In this document: positions 38,492 to 51,206 of the stretch, in pieces
How positions within the stretch are numbered: position 1 is the stretch's first letter
Layout of the letters: every line of letters starts with the position of its first letter
Source: Paraspadella gotoi
Lineage: Eukaryota > Animalia > Chaetognatha
Assembly (NCBI GenBank): GCA_051294375.1
Contig: CM119271.1
Location: 12,454,779-12,518,778, forward strand
Length of the DNA stretch: 64,000 nucleotides
Reading direction: 5' to 3'
Program-made: the position numbers and the translations under genes
The notes under the pieces: generated by a model
The model's input: only the letters and a program-made list of their open reading frames with translations
Databases searched by the model: none
What the model was told of the DNA's origin: nothing

Positions 38492-39243
38492 GTTTAGAAA
38501 ACAATTTTGTTTTTTGAGTTGAAATTGCTAAATGTGGGATTAGCTTTTTTTGTGGCGGTTAGGAAATATCACTTACTATCTAGGAAAAAAGTATATCACA
38601 TAATTTAATTGTTCAATAAAAAGTATACAAAACATGGGTAAAACATTCTCAATATTTGGTATGCTTTTGTGATATACTTTTTTCCTAGATAGTACTCGGA
38701 GTTTGATTGAAACNNNNNNNNNNNNNNNNNNNNNNNNNNNNNNNNNNNNNNNNNNNNNNNNNNNNNNNNNNNNNNNNNNNNNNNNNNNNNNNNNNNNNNN
38801 NNNNNNNNNNNNNNNNNNNNNNNNNNNNNNNNNNNNNNNNNNNNNNNNNNNNNNNNNNNNNNNNNNNNNNNNNNNNNNNNNNNNNNNNNNNNNNNNNNNN
38901 NNNNNNNNNNNNNNNNNNNNNNNNNNNNNNNNNNNNNNNNNNNNNNNNNNNNNNNNNNNNNNNNNNNNNNNNNNNCTTTGTTCTAACGTGATCGGTATTC
39001 CTGCATGATCATCTGACTTTTCATGTGTGCAAAATATGCACAAAAATTGCACATTGTGCATCTCACTGTACATAAACTTTCTACTATTGACTAAAGAAAT
39101 ACAGTTTCATTTTGAGTTATGAGCATCAAAACGATAAATGGATAGACCGAGAAACAGACAAACAGAAAGAGGACAGATAGACAGACAAAGCAGACCAAAA
39201 AAACGACTTAAAGAGTTTGTACGCAAATGAAGTGGGACCGGTA

Positions 39244-39310
<67 letters not shown>

Positions 39311-39361
39311 CAATCATCCAACACAATTCAATCTTCTCTTTTTTCCCTCTTCATCCTCCAG

Positions 39362-39701
39362 TGCGTCAAATACGGCGCGAAAAGCNNNNNNNNNNNNNNN
39401 NNNNNNNNNNNNNNNNNNNNNNNNNNNNNNNNNNNNNNNNNNNNNNNNNNNNNNNNNNNNNNNNNNNNNNNNNNNNNNNNNNNNNNNNNNNNNNNNNNNN
39501 NNNNNNNNNNNNNNNNNNNNNNNNNNNNNNNNNNNNNNNNNNNNNNNNNNNNNNNNNNNNNNNNNNNNNNNNNNNNNNNNNNNNNNNNNNNNNNNNNNNN
39601 NNNNNNNNNNNNNNNNNGATATCGACATCATTATCCTTTCATGGAAGATAAATTGAGGATCAACTGCGAAAACCGAAGTTGGACGCCGGATTTGTACAAA
39701 G
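39362..39701 (+). CDS. Flavin-containing monooxygenase A, exon 3 (CVKYGAKS…gap…YRHHYPFMEDKLRINCENRSWTPDLYK)
   Basis: Both ends visible around an N-gap; parallels mFMO CYKYGAK…GYIHHFPFL…LYKG. Confidence 0.85.
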
Positions 39702-42617
39702 GTTCGACGGATTGGGGGAGCACTATAAGAGCTTAGTAGGGTCACTAGGGTGAATGACGGAAAATATCACAGGGCCTCGCTATCAAGCCAGAAAAAAAAG
39801 GAGGGAGAGGATCAGGTGGGCATAGAACTACATACTATTTCTAATCATTTTATTAACAACAATAATTCCATTTGTTTTTACTTTGATCATAAGCATCTCA
39901 TCAAAATATTGCTTGTAGCTGGATGCTACCTGGGCTAATTGTCTGCACTGGCCAAGAATTTACTAAACATTGCAACTGCTGAATATTGTTGCAGGTTAGT
40001 TCAAAGATATTGCTTGGTTTCATTTGGCCATCAATCAAGGCTAAAGAGGAAAATGTTTAAGTTAGCATTGTTGAATAGATGGGATTTTTTGTGGTTTGAG
40101 ATGTCCTGTCCTATGAACCTTATATCCGCTTTGTCAGCACAAGGTTTTTGTTAATGCTCTTGAAATTCTTATCAGTAGGTTTGTCCACACCTTTGCTGAA
40201 AGTGTATCAACCTTTGTTTCTTCCTTTTTAAGCTAACCTGACTTATTCAATAATCATGTCTAAGTAGCCTCATTTCTAGTAGTGTTGGATCCCTTGATCT
40301 ATCTGTTTTCTGGAAAGGCTTTATTCAGGGGTTTATCTGGTCTGAAAAGAACCAAAATTCGTCCTCCAACATGCTATTTTTGGGATTTTATCAATATTTA
40401 CATTTGGCTGTTGGTAGCCTGGGTTTGTTGTCGATATTATCAGCTATTAAAATCGTGGTTCAGGCGATTTAGCTCTGGATTGACATACTCTTTGCAGTGA
40501 TAGATTTTGGTCCCTTTGAAAAGTCTTTCCTGCCTAAGACTGCTGTGGATAAACGCATAGGGAAGGTTTTTGAAAAGTATACGGAGGCCTTTGTAGTAAT
40601 TGCTGGTTTGCTGTTGCTTTGTTTGGGTTCGGGTTAATCTCTGGTGTCTGTTGCTTAAATCAGTTTTTCTTTCTTTTCTTCTTTATTTATTAGAATACTG
40701 TTCTGCATGTGAGAACCATATCGATTGAGGTCGCCAAAACCTGTCTAAGTTGTCATCAGCGATCCATTTTTTGGGGAAAATTTTTCGCACCTTCAATGAT
40801 ACCTGGTTCTGATCTTGCGTAATCTGCCATATGGAAAGTGTGGAGTCTCAAATTCCTTGGCTGTCAAGCAAAATAACAATCTGCTTCTAAGCGGGCAGCA
40901 TGAATCTGCTCGGGTCTCTTTTTTCCTTTCATAGTCCATCTTTTGTTGAAGATCTTCATGACCACTTAACACATTGGTGATTCAAAATCACAAAGCTCAA
41001 TAATCCTCAAAGATTTCTGTGAGTGATGGTTTTCTCTAGTCAATCGGCCATTTGGCTGCATATTCATACAGAAGAAACTCAGGCCAGCATATGTGCTATA
41101 TTGTGAGACAATGTAAGAAGAGCTGTTCTGTCACATACTGGCTCAGCACATCCTCTTGAAAGAAAAAAGTTCACGAAGGTCTTGAGCAAAGCATGAGTAA
41201 TCTACATTATTAAAACCAGGAAAATATTTTGCCCTAAAAAGATGCTATTTGATTTATACTATGCATATTGCTTATTTCAAGTGTTAGCTTGACTACAAAA
41301 CTTGGTAAATTTTAACTTGACAGTTTTTTTTGGCAATATTAATAAGAAAATGGCAAATTGTTTTTATTTTTTTTTTTAGGAAAAGAAGTTGGAAGTGGCA
41401 GGAATAAAAATGTTTATTTTCTGGTAAAATGTATGGAGCAAAGGAGCTTTTTTTGAACTGCTTCTAAACAAATTTGTTTATTCAAAATGTGGGTGCTTGA
41501 AAACTCTTGCACACTAAAAGAAAGAAATTGTGGAAGTAATTGAATAGCATTATTGATAAATTGTTACTGAAAATGATGATAAACTGGGCTGTCACAGACA
41601 TAATATAATTGGTAGGCCTTTAAGTAACTACACTGAACATGTTTAACAGTAATAAAGATGAAACGCTTAATAGGATACTGAGTCCATTAGAAATTGTTTT
41701 AATAATCAAATTAAGTTGCTTTTATTAATGGTTTAATAGCACTCATAAGAATTTTTGACTGACCGACCAAAAGATTTCTCTTAAAGAGTCGCTGTACGCC
41801 AGGTGCAAATCTTAAATTAAAATTAAAAAAGTCGGTGGCGAGATCTTCAAATCGCGCACGAAAATTCGAGATTGCTTAATTAACTTTCAGTAACGAGAAT
41901 AAAAAAAAAAAATGAAAAGAAGAGCTGAAGAGGGGGGGGAGAACAACAACAATAACAACACCGTTATGCACCGTCCTGTGAACAAAGACGCAATTTGGCG
42001 AGAGAACGGCGTTCACTGCTGGCTAACGGTAGAGCTCGGGAGACGTTGGCACTCAGCCACCGAAAACAAGAAAAGGGATTTTCATTAAAACACTTAATGT
42101 CTGTCGCCTAGGATCTCGATTTTTTTTTTTTTTCACGAAATCTCAATATTCTTTCTATTTTCATTTTTATTCAATGACAATTGGATACATTACTATGATG
42201 TTTTCACACAGTCAGAAAGCACCGACCGATTTATTTACAATAGCTGAATGATTCTTCTGATTGGATCGGCGAAGGACAAGAAAAAGTGATGTCAATTGAT
42301 CACCGACGATGCGGGGCACTGACCGCGAACAAACAAGAAATTTTCAAAACTTACAAATGCTCAGGTGGGCTCTCGTTCCTAAATTCGACCTTTTCCTCTC
42401 GCAGCTAAAGGGGAATTCGCCGAGGAGAAATGGGGCCAAATCAGACAATTGGGGAAGAATTCATTTGAGGGGGGAGTGGATTGTTTAACGCGAAAATTTT
42501 TCGGAAAGTTTCTCTAATTTCTAGTTATTATTTGTTTCTTCGTAAAAAGTTTTCATTTCTCAAGACGAAGCGGCGATGATATAACGGGGCGAGAGAGAGA
42601 CAGAGAGAGAGAGAGAC

Positions 42618-42653
<36 letters not shown>

Positions 42654-44495
42654 GAGAGATGAATGATAGTTGACGAGATACGAGAGAGAGAGAGACCCAG
42701 AAGTGGGGAGACACAGTGAACAAACGGCATAAGAATTCGTAAGAAAAGTTTTTTGTTTTTTTTTGTTTTTTTTTTAGTTGGATAGAGAGTGGGCGGTGAT
42801 TAACGCTTGTGATGAGTGAGCCGCGAAGGTGATTGACGTTGGTGATTTGTCCATATCCAAAAGGATAAGAAAACGAATGTCAAGTTTTCTTTTATTTATT
42901 TTATTTTTTTTTTCGAATTTCGCTTATTTTTTTTTTTATTTTTTTTTTGGATGGGACAAGGCGGGGCGGTCCGGCGAAAGAAAAAAGATTCGACCGTCGC
43001 ATCTGGGATGTAGAGAGCGGGCGATAAGCAAAAACTGTTCGCAGGGTGAATTTTTGAAAAGTTGGCAATTTTTTTTTAAGTAACAACATGGGTCTTTTCT
43101 TAACTTCTCGGCGCCTAGGGTTTGGAGTTTTAGATTTCTTTTTGGTCGAAACGAAAAAAGAAATAAATCGACGTCAAGAGGAAGGGGAGAAAAGAATCTT
43201 TTCTTGTTTCGCTTTTAAATTTTTTTAGAAAGTTTTAATTAGTTTTATTTTAGTTTCAATGATTTTTTTTCGGCTATTTTTATAATTCGACTATTTAAGT
43301 TTTTCCTTTTTCTCTAATCGACTGATTGATTATGATCGCCGACGATGAATGATCGAAAAATCGCAAAAAAAATCGCAAACGATCGAAGATCGAGTCGCTT
43401 CCTGGGCGACAATTAAGAATGGAATCCGTTTTATGTATAAGGCGGTGTCCGTACGTACGCTTTTCCAAGACGTATTTGTTTGAATTTTTATGAGGGATGT
43501 CGACGGCCGACGTTTATTAAGAGAAAAGGAAGAGGCGAGATTTTTTCGATCGAAAATAATTCGGGAAAATATTTGATTAAGTTTTGTCGGCGATCATGGA
43601 AAAGGGAAAGGTACCGACGCGCCGTTTTTTGATTCGGCGATTCGAAATTAATTCAAAGTTTAGAGGGAAAAAAAATCCAATGAGGCTTACGGAAAAAAGT
43701 TTTTTTAATCAAGAAAAAACTTCGCGAAAGTTTAGAGAATTTTTTCTTTTTTTCTTCATTTTACATCCTTTTGTTAAGAGTAGATATACGATGGGCATTT
43801 TTTTCTCCGGTTTTTTTTTTATCACTCGGTAGAAAAGCACATCCTAAAGGGGTTTATTGCGCTGTTAAATGTTCGAGCAACAAAATTGGGCGCCACTTGA
43901 AGAAGAAAGACCTATATCGCACGGTAGTGTTTAATTGAAGAAAAAAAGTCCCTTGGCCGACATAGTATTAGAAATAAAGGAAGGAAGTTCAGTAGACTCG
44001 AGAAACCGAGAAGCTGTACTGTACTAAAAAGGAACGATTCATCGGGAGAGGAGGGGGAAGAGGAGGAAATGAGTCGAGGGCAGATTGCAATGATTGGCAA
44101 AGTTGCATGAATTGTGGGGTCTACTGGCAATGATTGTTGCAACGATGGTGGTTAATGGCATCGCGAGTAGATGGTAATTATGGTCTTTTTTTAAAACACG
44201 TTTTATGGGCGCAGTTTGGAAAAACGGTTGGCAGATAAGCTTTAGATTTTAGACATCAAATACTAACTTGCTACGAAAATATTGAAATTACAAAAAAACT
44301 TACTTTTAAAGTATAAAGCCCCTAAAGATTATTTATTGTCACAGCTAAATTTTAACNNNNNNNNNNNNNNNNNNNNNNNNNATCGTACATTAAAGGACTT
44401 CAGTACAAAAACTGCAGCACTCAAAAAGAGCGTAATAAATAAATAAATAAATAAATAAATAATAACAAAATAACTAAATAACTAAATAACTACAG

Positions 44496-44935
44496 GCGTC
44501 CTCTACCTCAAAGGCGGCGACTCCAAACTCTATTATCTCTCCACCCAACAATGGGAATTCTCCACGGCCATCGGCGATCAAGAGGCCATCTGGACGATCC
44601 ATTCCATCCTCGGCCTCCGACCCCTCCCGACGCCGGAAGAGATGGCCGCCGACGAGGCGAAATGGCGCCAAAAATGGGACGCGTGCGGCGTCGACCGGCG
44701 CGCCATGTACGGCGTTCAAACTGAGCATCTGTTTCACCTTTGCGACTTGAACGGAGAGAAAAGAATCGACGTGACTGGCATCGGAGAATTTTGGTGCGAA
44801 ACCAGAAAAGAAAATGCGTTGACTTACAGGGATCAACCTTGCGCTTCGGCCTTCAATGGGGAAGTAGCGCCGGCGCCGGAAGTCCCGTTTTTGGAAGCGT
44901 TCGATCCGGAGAGGGTGGAAGGGTTTTTGGAGTGA
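44496..44935 (+). CDS. Flavin-containing monooxygenase A, exon 4 (terminal; GVLYLKGGDSKLYYL…ENALTYRDQ…EGFLE*)
   Basis: CAG acceptor in phase 1, open to TGA; parallels the mFMO C-terminus (ENIMTFRD). No C-terminal membrane anchor. Confidence 0.9.
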
Positions 44936-45417
44936 GGAAGGGGGAGGGTGGGTGGGCTGTGGGCTGTGGGCTGTGGACGTGGGGTGGGCGAGTTTGTGGG
45001 TTTCAGTTGGTTTTTATCAAAATTGTGATTTGATAATATATTGTTTTTTGTTCGTCATTAAATTGATTTTTTTTTTTTTTGCCCGCGCGTTTTCAAACGA
45101 TTTTGATTTGGTATACTACCCCGTGTCTGTTCGCGAGTGACACCAAAAAAATGTGTACCATTTCTCATTGGATAAATATTTTTAAAATTTTTTTTTCTTC
45201 ATTCTGTAGCAAAGTACTTGACGATTATTATATTTTAATTTCATAAGATTAATTTGATAAGAACATGCTCAGGACAGCAATTTTTTCGAATTGGACGAAT
45301 TGTATAAAGAAAACTTAAGATTTACAATAAAAAAATAAAAATAAATTGCTAAACATTACATAATTTGCACATTTAAATGAGAATATACTTATTATTTCGT
45401 CTTTTTATTTTATTTGG

Positions 45418-47220
45418 TGCGGAAGCCGTCACGTTGATACACAGAGAGAGATACTTAAGTGGCCGTCGACGAGGCGTCCACCTGACGTCCGTTGAAGGAA
45501 GCGGGTCAATCTTCAGACGATCGTCCGCCGAAGTGGACGGAGATAATTCTCTGCACCGGATTCGACTCATTATCCTTTCATGGAAGATAAATTGAGGATC
45601 AACTGCGAAAACCGAAGTTGGACGCCGGATTTTGTACAAAGGTTTCGACGGATTGGGGGAGCACTATAAAGAGTTTTAGGTTAGGGTCACTAGGGTGAAT
45701 GACGGAAAATATCACCAGGGCCTCGCTAATCAAGCCTAGAAAGGACTACACTATAAGAGCTTAGTAGGGTGGATGACGGAAATATACAGGCCTGGCTATC
45801 AAGGCCAGAACGACTACACTATATAGAGTTAGTAGGGGTGGTGACGGAAATATCACAGGGCCTCGCTATCTAAGCCAAGAACACTACACATAAAGCTTAG
45901 TCGGGTGGATGACGGGAAAATATCACAGGGCAATGATGGAAGTTGATGATGTGCGTTATGGCAATGATGTTGCACGATGGATGGTTATATGGCATCGGGT
46001 AGAGGTAATTATGGTCTTTGTTTAAAACGTTTCGTGAAGAAAACGGTTGGCAGATAGCTTTAGATTTTTTAGACACAAACTTATCTATCGATTTTGAAAA
46101 TATACAAAAACTTACTTTTAAAGTATAAAGCCCCTAATATTATTTTGTCACGCAATTTTAATCGTACATTAAAGCGACTTCAGTAAAAAAACTGCAGCAA
46201 TCTGAGAGCAAAATAAAAAAAATTATAATAAAATAATAATAATATAAAATAATAATAACAAAAAAAATAATAATAATATATAAATAAAAAGAGCGTAAAT
46301 AAATAATACAATATAAATAAATAAAAAATAATAATAATAATACAAAATAAAAAACTAAATATAACAATAAATAAATATAACTACAAGGCGTCCTCTACCT
46401 CAAAGGCGGGCGACTCCAAAACTCTATTCTACTCCACCCAACAATGGGAATTCTCTCCCACGGCCCATCGGCGATCAAGAGGCCATCTGGACGATCCATT
46501 CATCCTCGGCTCCGCCCCTCCCGACGCCGCGAAGAGGATGGCCGCCGAGAGGCGGAAATGGCGCCAAAAATGCACGCGTGCGGCCGTCGACCGGCCGCGC
46601 CCATGTACGACGCGCGTTCAAACTGAGCATCTGTTTCACCTTTGCCGATTTGAACGGAGAGAAACGAATCGACGCATGACTGGCATCGGAGAATTTGTTG
46701 GTGGCGAAACCAGAAAAGAAAATGCGTTTGACCTTACAGGATCAAAAGCCTTGCGCTTCGGCCTTCAATGGGAAGAGAGTACGCCCGGCGCCGGAATTCC
46801 CGTTTTAGTGAGCGTTCGATCCGGAAGGCGTGAAGCGGTTTTTGGGTGAGGAAGGGGGAGGGTGGGTGGGCTGTGGGCTGGGGCTGGTGGACGTGGGGTG
46901 GGCCGAGTTTGTGGGTTTCAGTTGGTTTTTATCAAAATTGTGATTTGATAATATATTGTTTTTTGTTCGTCATTAATTGATTTTTTTTTTTTTGCCGGTT
47001 AAACGTTTTATTTGGAATTAGCCCGTGTCTGTTCGGGTACCAAATGTTCATTCAAAATTTAAATTTTCTCTTCTGTATTTTGAGACAATTATCAAAGATG
47101 ATGAGAATGCTAGACAATTTTTCGTTGGAACATTGTTAGAAACTATTCATAAATAAATTCTAACTTCTATGCGCTTTTAAATGACAATATACTTATTTTT
47201 TCGTCTTTTATTTCTATTTG
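45418..47220 (+). pseudogene. Indel-rich partial duplicate of FMO-A exons 3-4 and 3' flank; probable assembly artefact
   Basis: Frameshifted copy of the exon 3 and 44496-45417 sequence. Its first ~500 nt are near-identical, including errors, to 53586-54097. Confidence 0.7.
45660..45930. repeat. ~66-bp minisatellite in FMO-A intron 3 (CACTATAAGAGCTTAGTAGGGTGGATGACGGAAATATCACAGGGCCTCGCTATCAAGCCAGAA), about 4 units
   Basis: Also at 53830-54097; a single unit at 39721-39792. Confidence 0.8.
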
Positions 47221-47224
47221 GTGT

Positions 47225-47262
<38 letters not shown>

Positions 47263-47385
47263 CAGAGGAGAGGGAGAGAGGGAGAGAGAGGAGGAGAGAG
47301 ATCTGACATGTCTTTCTTTATCTTTGTCTCTGAACTCTTTCCACTTTTTTGCTCGAATCTAACTTTGGTCACAAAAAGCTTGTTG

Positions 47386-47407
47386 GTCACGCGACTCGTC
47401 ACGTGAC
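47386..47407. promoter_or_regulatory. Tandem CLEAR/E-box-like sites (GTCACGCGAC and GTCACGTGAC) about 165 bp upstream of the FMO-B ATG
   Basis: Perfect 10-bp palindrome at 47398-47407, retained in the duplicate at 55761-55770. Function is inferred only. Confidence 0.3.
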
Positions 47408-47569
47408 GCCGAAGATAAGAAATTTATTTTCACAAATTCAACGCGAATTATTCTTTAACTTCCCGACTGCAAAAAAAAAAAAAAAAAAAAAGAATTTTAA
47501 ATAAAATAAATTAAAAGAATCAATAAATAAAATTTAAAAAAAAAAAGCAAAAAACACTCGGATTAAAAA

Positions 47570-48011
47570 ATGTCCGCACGGTCACAAAAAGTCCGTATGC
47601 CTCATCGGCGCTGGCCCGTCCGGCTGCGCCTGTTTCTATACAACCTGGCCAAATTAGCCAAAGAGGGCGTGATATCCCGGAAATCGTCTGCTACGAACGC
47701 CAGGCGGATATCGGCGGAATGTGGAAACTACACCTGGCGGACAGGCGTGACGAGTTCGGCGAGCCCGTTCACTCCAGCATGTACGAAGAACTCTGGGCCA
47801 ACACTCCCAAGGAATATTCCGAGTTCGAAGACTTTCGATTCGACGAACATTTTGGGAAAAAGTTCCGTCTTAATTTGCCCAGAAATTCATGCTGGATGAT
47901 TTCAAGGGCAGATGGAAAGAAGCAAGAATTTCGTCATTGATTCGGTTCCATCATATCGTAAAGAGTGTGGTGTATGACGAGGAGAAAGATCTCTTTAGGT
48001 CGGTGGCTAAG
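47570..48011 (+). CDS. Flavin-containing monooxygenase B (Tmm/mFMO-like), exon 1; frameshifts probably sequencing errors
   Basis: Paralogue of 36988-37428 (CLIGAGPSG, GEPVHSSMYEELWANTPKE) with the same intron position and several 1-nt indels. Confidence 0.8.
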
Positions 48012-48261
48012 GTTAATGATCTTGACGGAAATTGTAATGAAATCTTGATGGAAATTGTAAGGAAATCTAGATGGAAATTGTAATAAAATCTAAAAAGAAA
48101 TTGTTACGGAAGTTACTTTGAATTTATCTTCTATAACAATAAAATACTATAATATGCGCAACAATTTTCGCATACTAAATTATCTAATAACGATATCTTT
48201 AGAGTCGTAATTTTTAATTTGTTTTCTATTTTGCGATATTTTCACCCCCCCCCAAAAAAAG

Positions 48262-48480
48262 GAGCTCCACAACGACAGACCCTAGAACCCACGGACCTTT
48301 ACCCACGTCGTATGTCGCCGTGGGTCATTACTCACGCCCAACGTCCCTTCTTTCTCGGGGATTGGAATCTTTCCCAGGTCACGTGACCCATTCTCACGAC
48401 ATTCGTCACTTTCGTCTTTCGAAGGAAAACGAATTTTGATCGTCGGAGCGCGATATTCGGCCGACGACGCCGCTGTGCAG
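48262..48480 (+). CDS. Flavin-containing monooxygenase B, exon 2 (…ESFPGHVTHSHDIRH…RILIVGARYSADDAAVQ), with indels
   Basis: Homologous to 38273-38491 with the same splice positions. Confidence 0.8.
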
Positions 48481-48812
48481 GTTGGAAGAAGGGGGGGGGA
48501 AGATTTGGGGGGGGAANNNNNNNNNNNNNNNNNNNNNNNNNAGATTTGGAAGAGGTTTTTTTGAAAGATTTGGGAGATTGAAGAGATTTGAAGATTTAAG
48601 ATATTCAGGAGATTTGGCAGGATTTGGGAAATAAGATTTAGGGATTTATGATATATCTTATATTAATTCTTCTTATACTAAATCTAATACTTAAGTGAGT
48701 GGTTTTTACCTTTTTTTTTTATTTAGAGAGAAGAATAACAAAATTCACATGAATTTAACGACGTCTCACGATTCACGTCTTTTCAATTTCCCACCCTCCT
48801 CCCCTCTCACAG

Positions 48813-49071
48813 TGTCTCAAATACAAAGCCAAGAAAGTCTTCCTCTCTTGGAGGACCAAAGAGCTTCGCTACAATTGGCCCGTCGACGAGCGTCCCAACC
48901 TGACGTCCGTTGAAGGGAAGTCGGCGTTTCTCAACTTCATGGACGGATCGTCCGCGCCGAAATGTGACGAGATAATTCTCTGCACCGGATATCGACATCA
49001 CTATCCTTTCTTGAAGGACGAGTTGAGGTTGAAGAGCGAGAATGGAATTTGGACGCCGGGTCTTTACAAGG
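48813..49071 (+). CDS. Flavin-containing monooxygenase B, exon 3 (CLKYKAKKVFLSWRT…DEIILCTGYRHHYPFL…GLYK)
   Basis: CAG and GTGAG sites, open frame, CTGY motif. Confidence 0.88.
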
Positions 49072-49554
49072 GTGAGACATGACATGACATGAACTGAAAT
49101 ATTAACATGACAGAAAACGACAAGACAGATGTATCACAGATGGTGAAATGAGAAACGTTATCATAAATCAATTAATGGAAGATGAATGAAATGACGAAAT
49201 GTATTAAAAGTGTCATGAGATATAATGACATAGATGATTAAATGACAATTCATGTTGCAAGTTCTCAATTTCTAAGTTTAATTTTTTTTTTATAAACTAC
49301 CAGATTACTTGGCATCCCTCTCAATGAGATTAACCCTATGAGATATAACCAGATATACTATCTCGAAACTTTGTTATAAGTTATAACTATGTAAAAGATG
49401 ATTATTTAATATGATCTTAAAAGAGATTGAATTTTCTCAATCTTATTTACATATTGCAGTCTTAAATCTAAATGTGTCTATTTTTATTTTGGGCTATTAA
49501 TACTAGAATTACATTACATTAACCTATAACTCTTTGTTTTTTTCTCTCGCCCAG

Positions 49555-49994
49555 GCGTTCTCTACCTGCAAGGCGGCAACAACAAACTCTTCTATCTGGC
49601 CACACAACTCTTGGAATATTCCTCACCACTTTTCGAACAGCAGGCCATCTGGTGTCTGAAAACGATCCTCGCTCAACGCTCCCTACCGTCCGCGCCGGAA
49701 ATGATCGCCGACGAGGCCTGTTGGCGCCGAGAATGGACGGAATGCCGGAAGGACTTTCCGGCGATGTATCGACTGCAGACGAAGATGGTGAATCATCTCT
49801 ACGAAGAGAACGGACTGACACCGATTGACGTTACAAGCGTGTCAGGCGCGTGTCACGTCGCGCGAAACCGTGACATTTTGACTTACAGGGATCAACCTTG
49901 TCCGTCGGCGTTGACGGGCGAGTTGGCGCCGGCGCCCGTGAGGCCTTTCATGGAGTCGTTCGATCACGAGAGAGTCGAAGGTTTTTTGGATTGA
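49555..49994 (+). CDS. Flavin-containing monooxygenase B, exon 4 (terminal; GVLYLQGGNNKLFYL…DILTYRDQ…EGFLD*)
   Basis: CAG acceptor in phase 1, open 440 nt to TGA; diverged paralogue of 44496-44935. Confidence 0.9.
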
Positions 49995-50010
49995 CGAATC
50001 TGCTGGAGCT

Positions 50011-50044
<34 letters not shown>

Positions 50045-50430
50045 TTATCGTCATCGTCGTCATTTTGCGATTATCGGATACAAATAATCAAAATGGAAAA
50101 CTGTTTGTTTGTTTATTTGTTTGTTTTTTTCCTTTTATTTTTAGTCATTGTCTAAACTCATAACTCTTAAGATAAAATTGATCTCAGACGTAATCTTTTT
50201 GACATTTCCTTATCTTTATTGTTAAACGCTTCAATTGAGAACATTTTCAAAATGTCTTATCATTATCATTATCATTATCATTGCGACTTCTTATTTTTTT
50301 TCCGGTTCATGAATTAGTAGACGGACAGAATGTTAAGTCGAACGGAATAAATAGTTAAATGTTCGTACGAAAATGCCATTGGTTATGAAATCGGTACGAC
50401 CAATATAAAAATCTAGCTCCAGACTCCAGA

Positions 50431-50467
<37 letters not shown>

Positions 50468-51206
50468 GTGGCGATTTAATATCGCGTCCAATATCGGACT
50501 CTCCGCTCGGCGTCTCGACCGGCGCCAACTTCCGTCTCGATCCGACGCGAAATTTCGTCGCCCTCTGTCGGTCGAGAATTCAATCAAAGAATCTCTCTGG
50601 TCTTTGGGGCGACGACGACGACGAAGACGAAGAAGATGACGACGACTATGAGGAAGACGACGACAACGATGAAGCCGAAGGCGATGAGGACGAAAAAGAC
50701 GACGACGACCAAGAAGACGACGGCGACGACGACGACTGTGTTGGGAAATAAACAAAAGAACAATTTTTTTTCTCATCGTCGATGAGATTCTCTTCCTTCG
50801 CCCGACAGATGTCGCGTTCCTTTCCTTTGTCCGACGCAATCCCCTTGCCCGTCTCTCGCTAAATATTTCTTCCTTGATTTTCTGTTCTCTTTTTGTTGTT
50901 CGCTTCTTCTTCCATGATCTTTTTCCCGTCGTCCGTTCTCTCACCGTTCTTCCCTTCTTTTTCCGGTTCTTCCCCTATTAACTATGTCACCCAAAATTCT
51001 CCTTCGTTCTCCCGTCTTCTCCTTGTTCCATTCTCCTACTTCCCCTTTTCTCAAAACCTTTTATTCCCGTTCTCCTATTCCTTCTCCCATTCTTCATTAG
51101 TTCTTCCACATTCTTTCCTCGTTCTCCCACCGTTCTCCTTCATTCTCCCATAGTTCTTTCCCCGGATCTTCCCCTTTTTCTCTCGTCATTCATCCCCAGT
51201 TTGTCT

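Noticed and set aside
47570-48480. FMO-B as a true pseudogene
   Set aside because: The indels in exons 1-2 differ between the two assembled copies and lie just before a 25-N gap, while exon 4 is clean. Sequencing error is more likely.
36988-49994. FMO genes as bacterial contamination
   Set aside because: Both have three GT-AG introns at shared positions and host-type microsatellite flanks.
50465-50944. 159-aa Arg-rich minus-strand ORF ending ...ESPILDAILNRH*
   Set aside because: Largely (GAC/GAA)n-derived; I could find no recognisable domain or consistent upstream exon.
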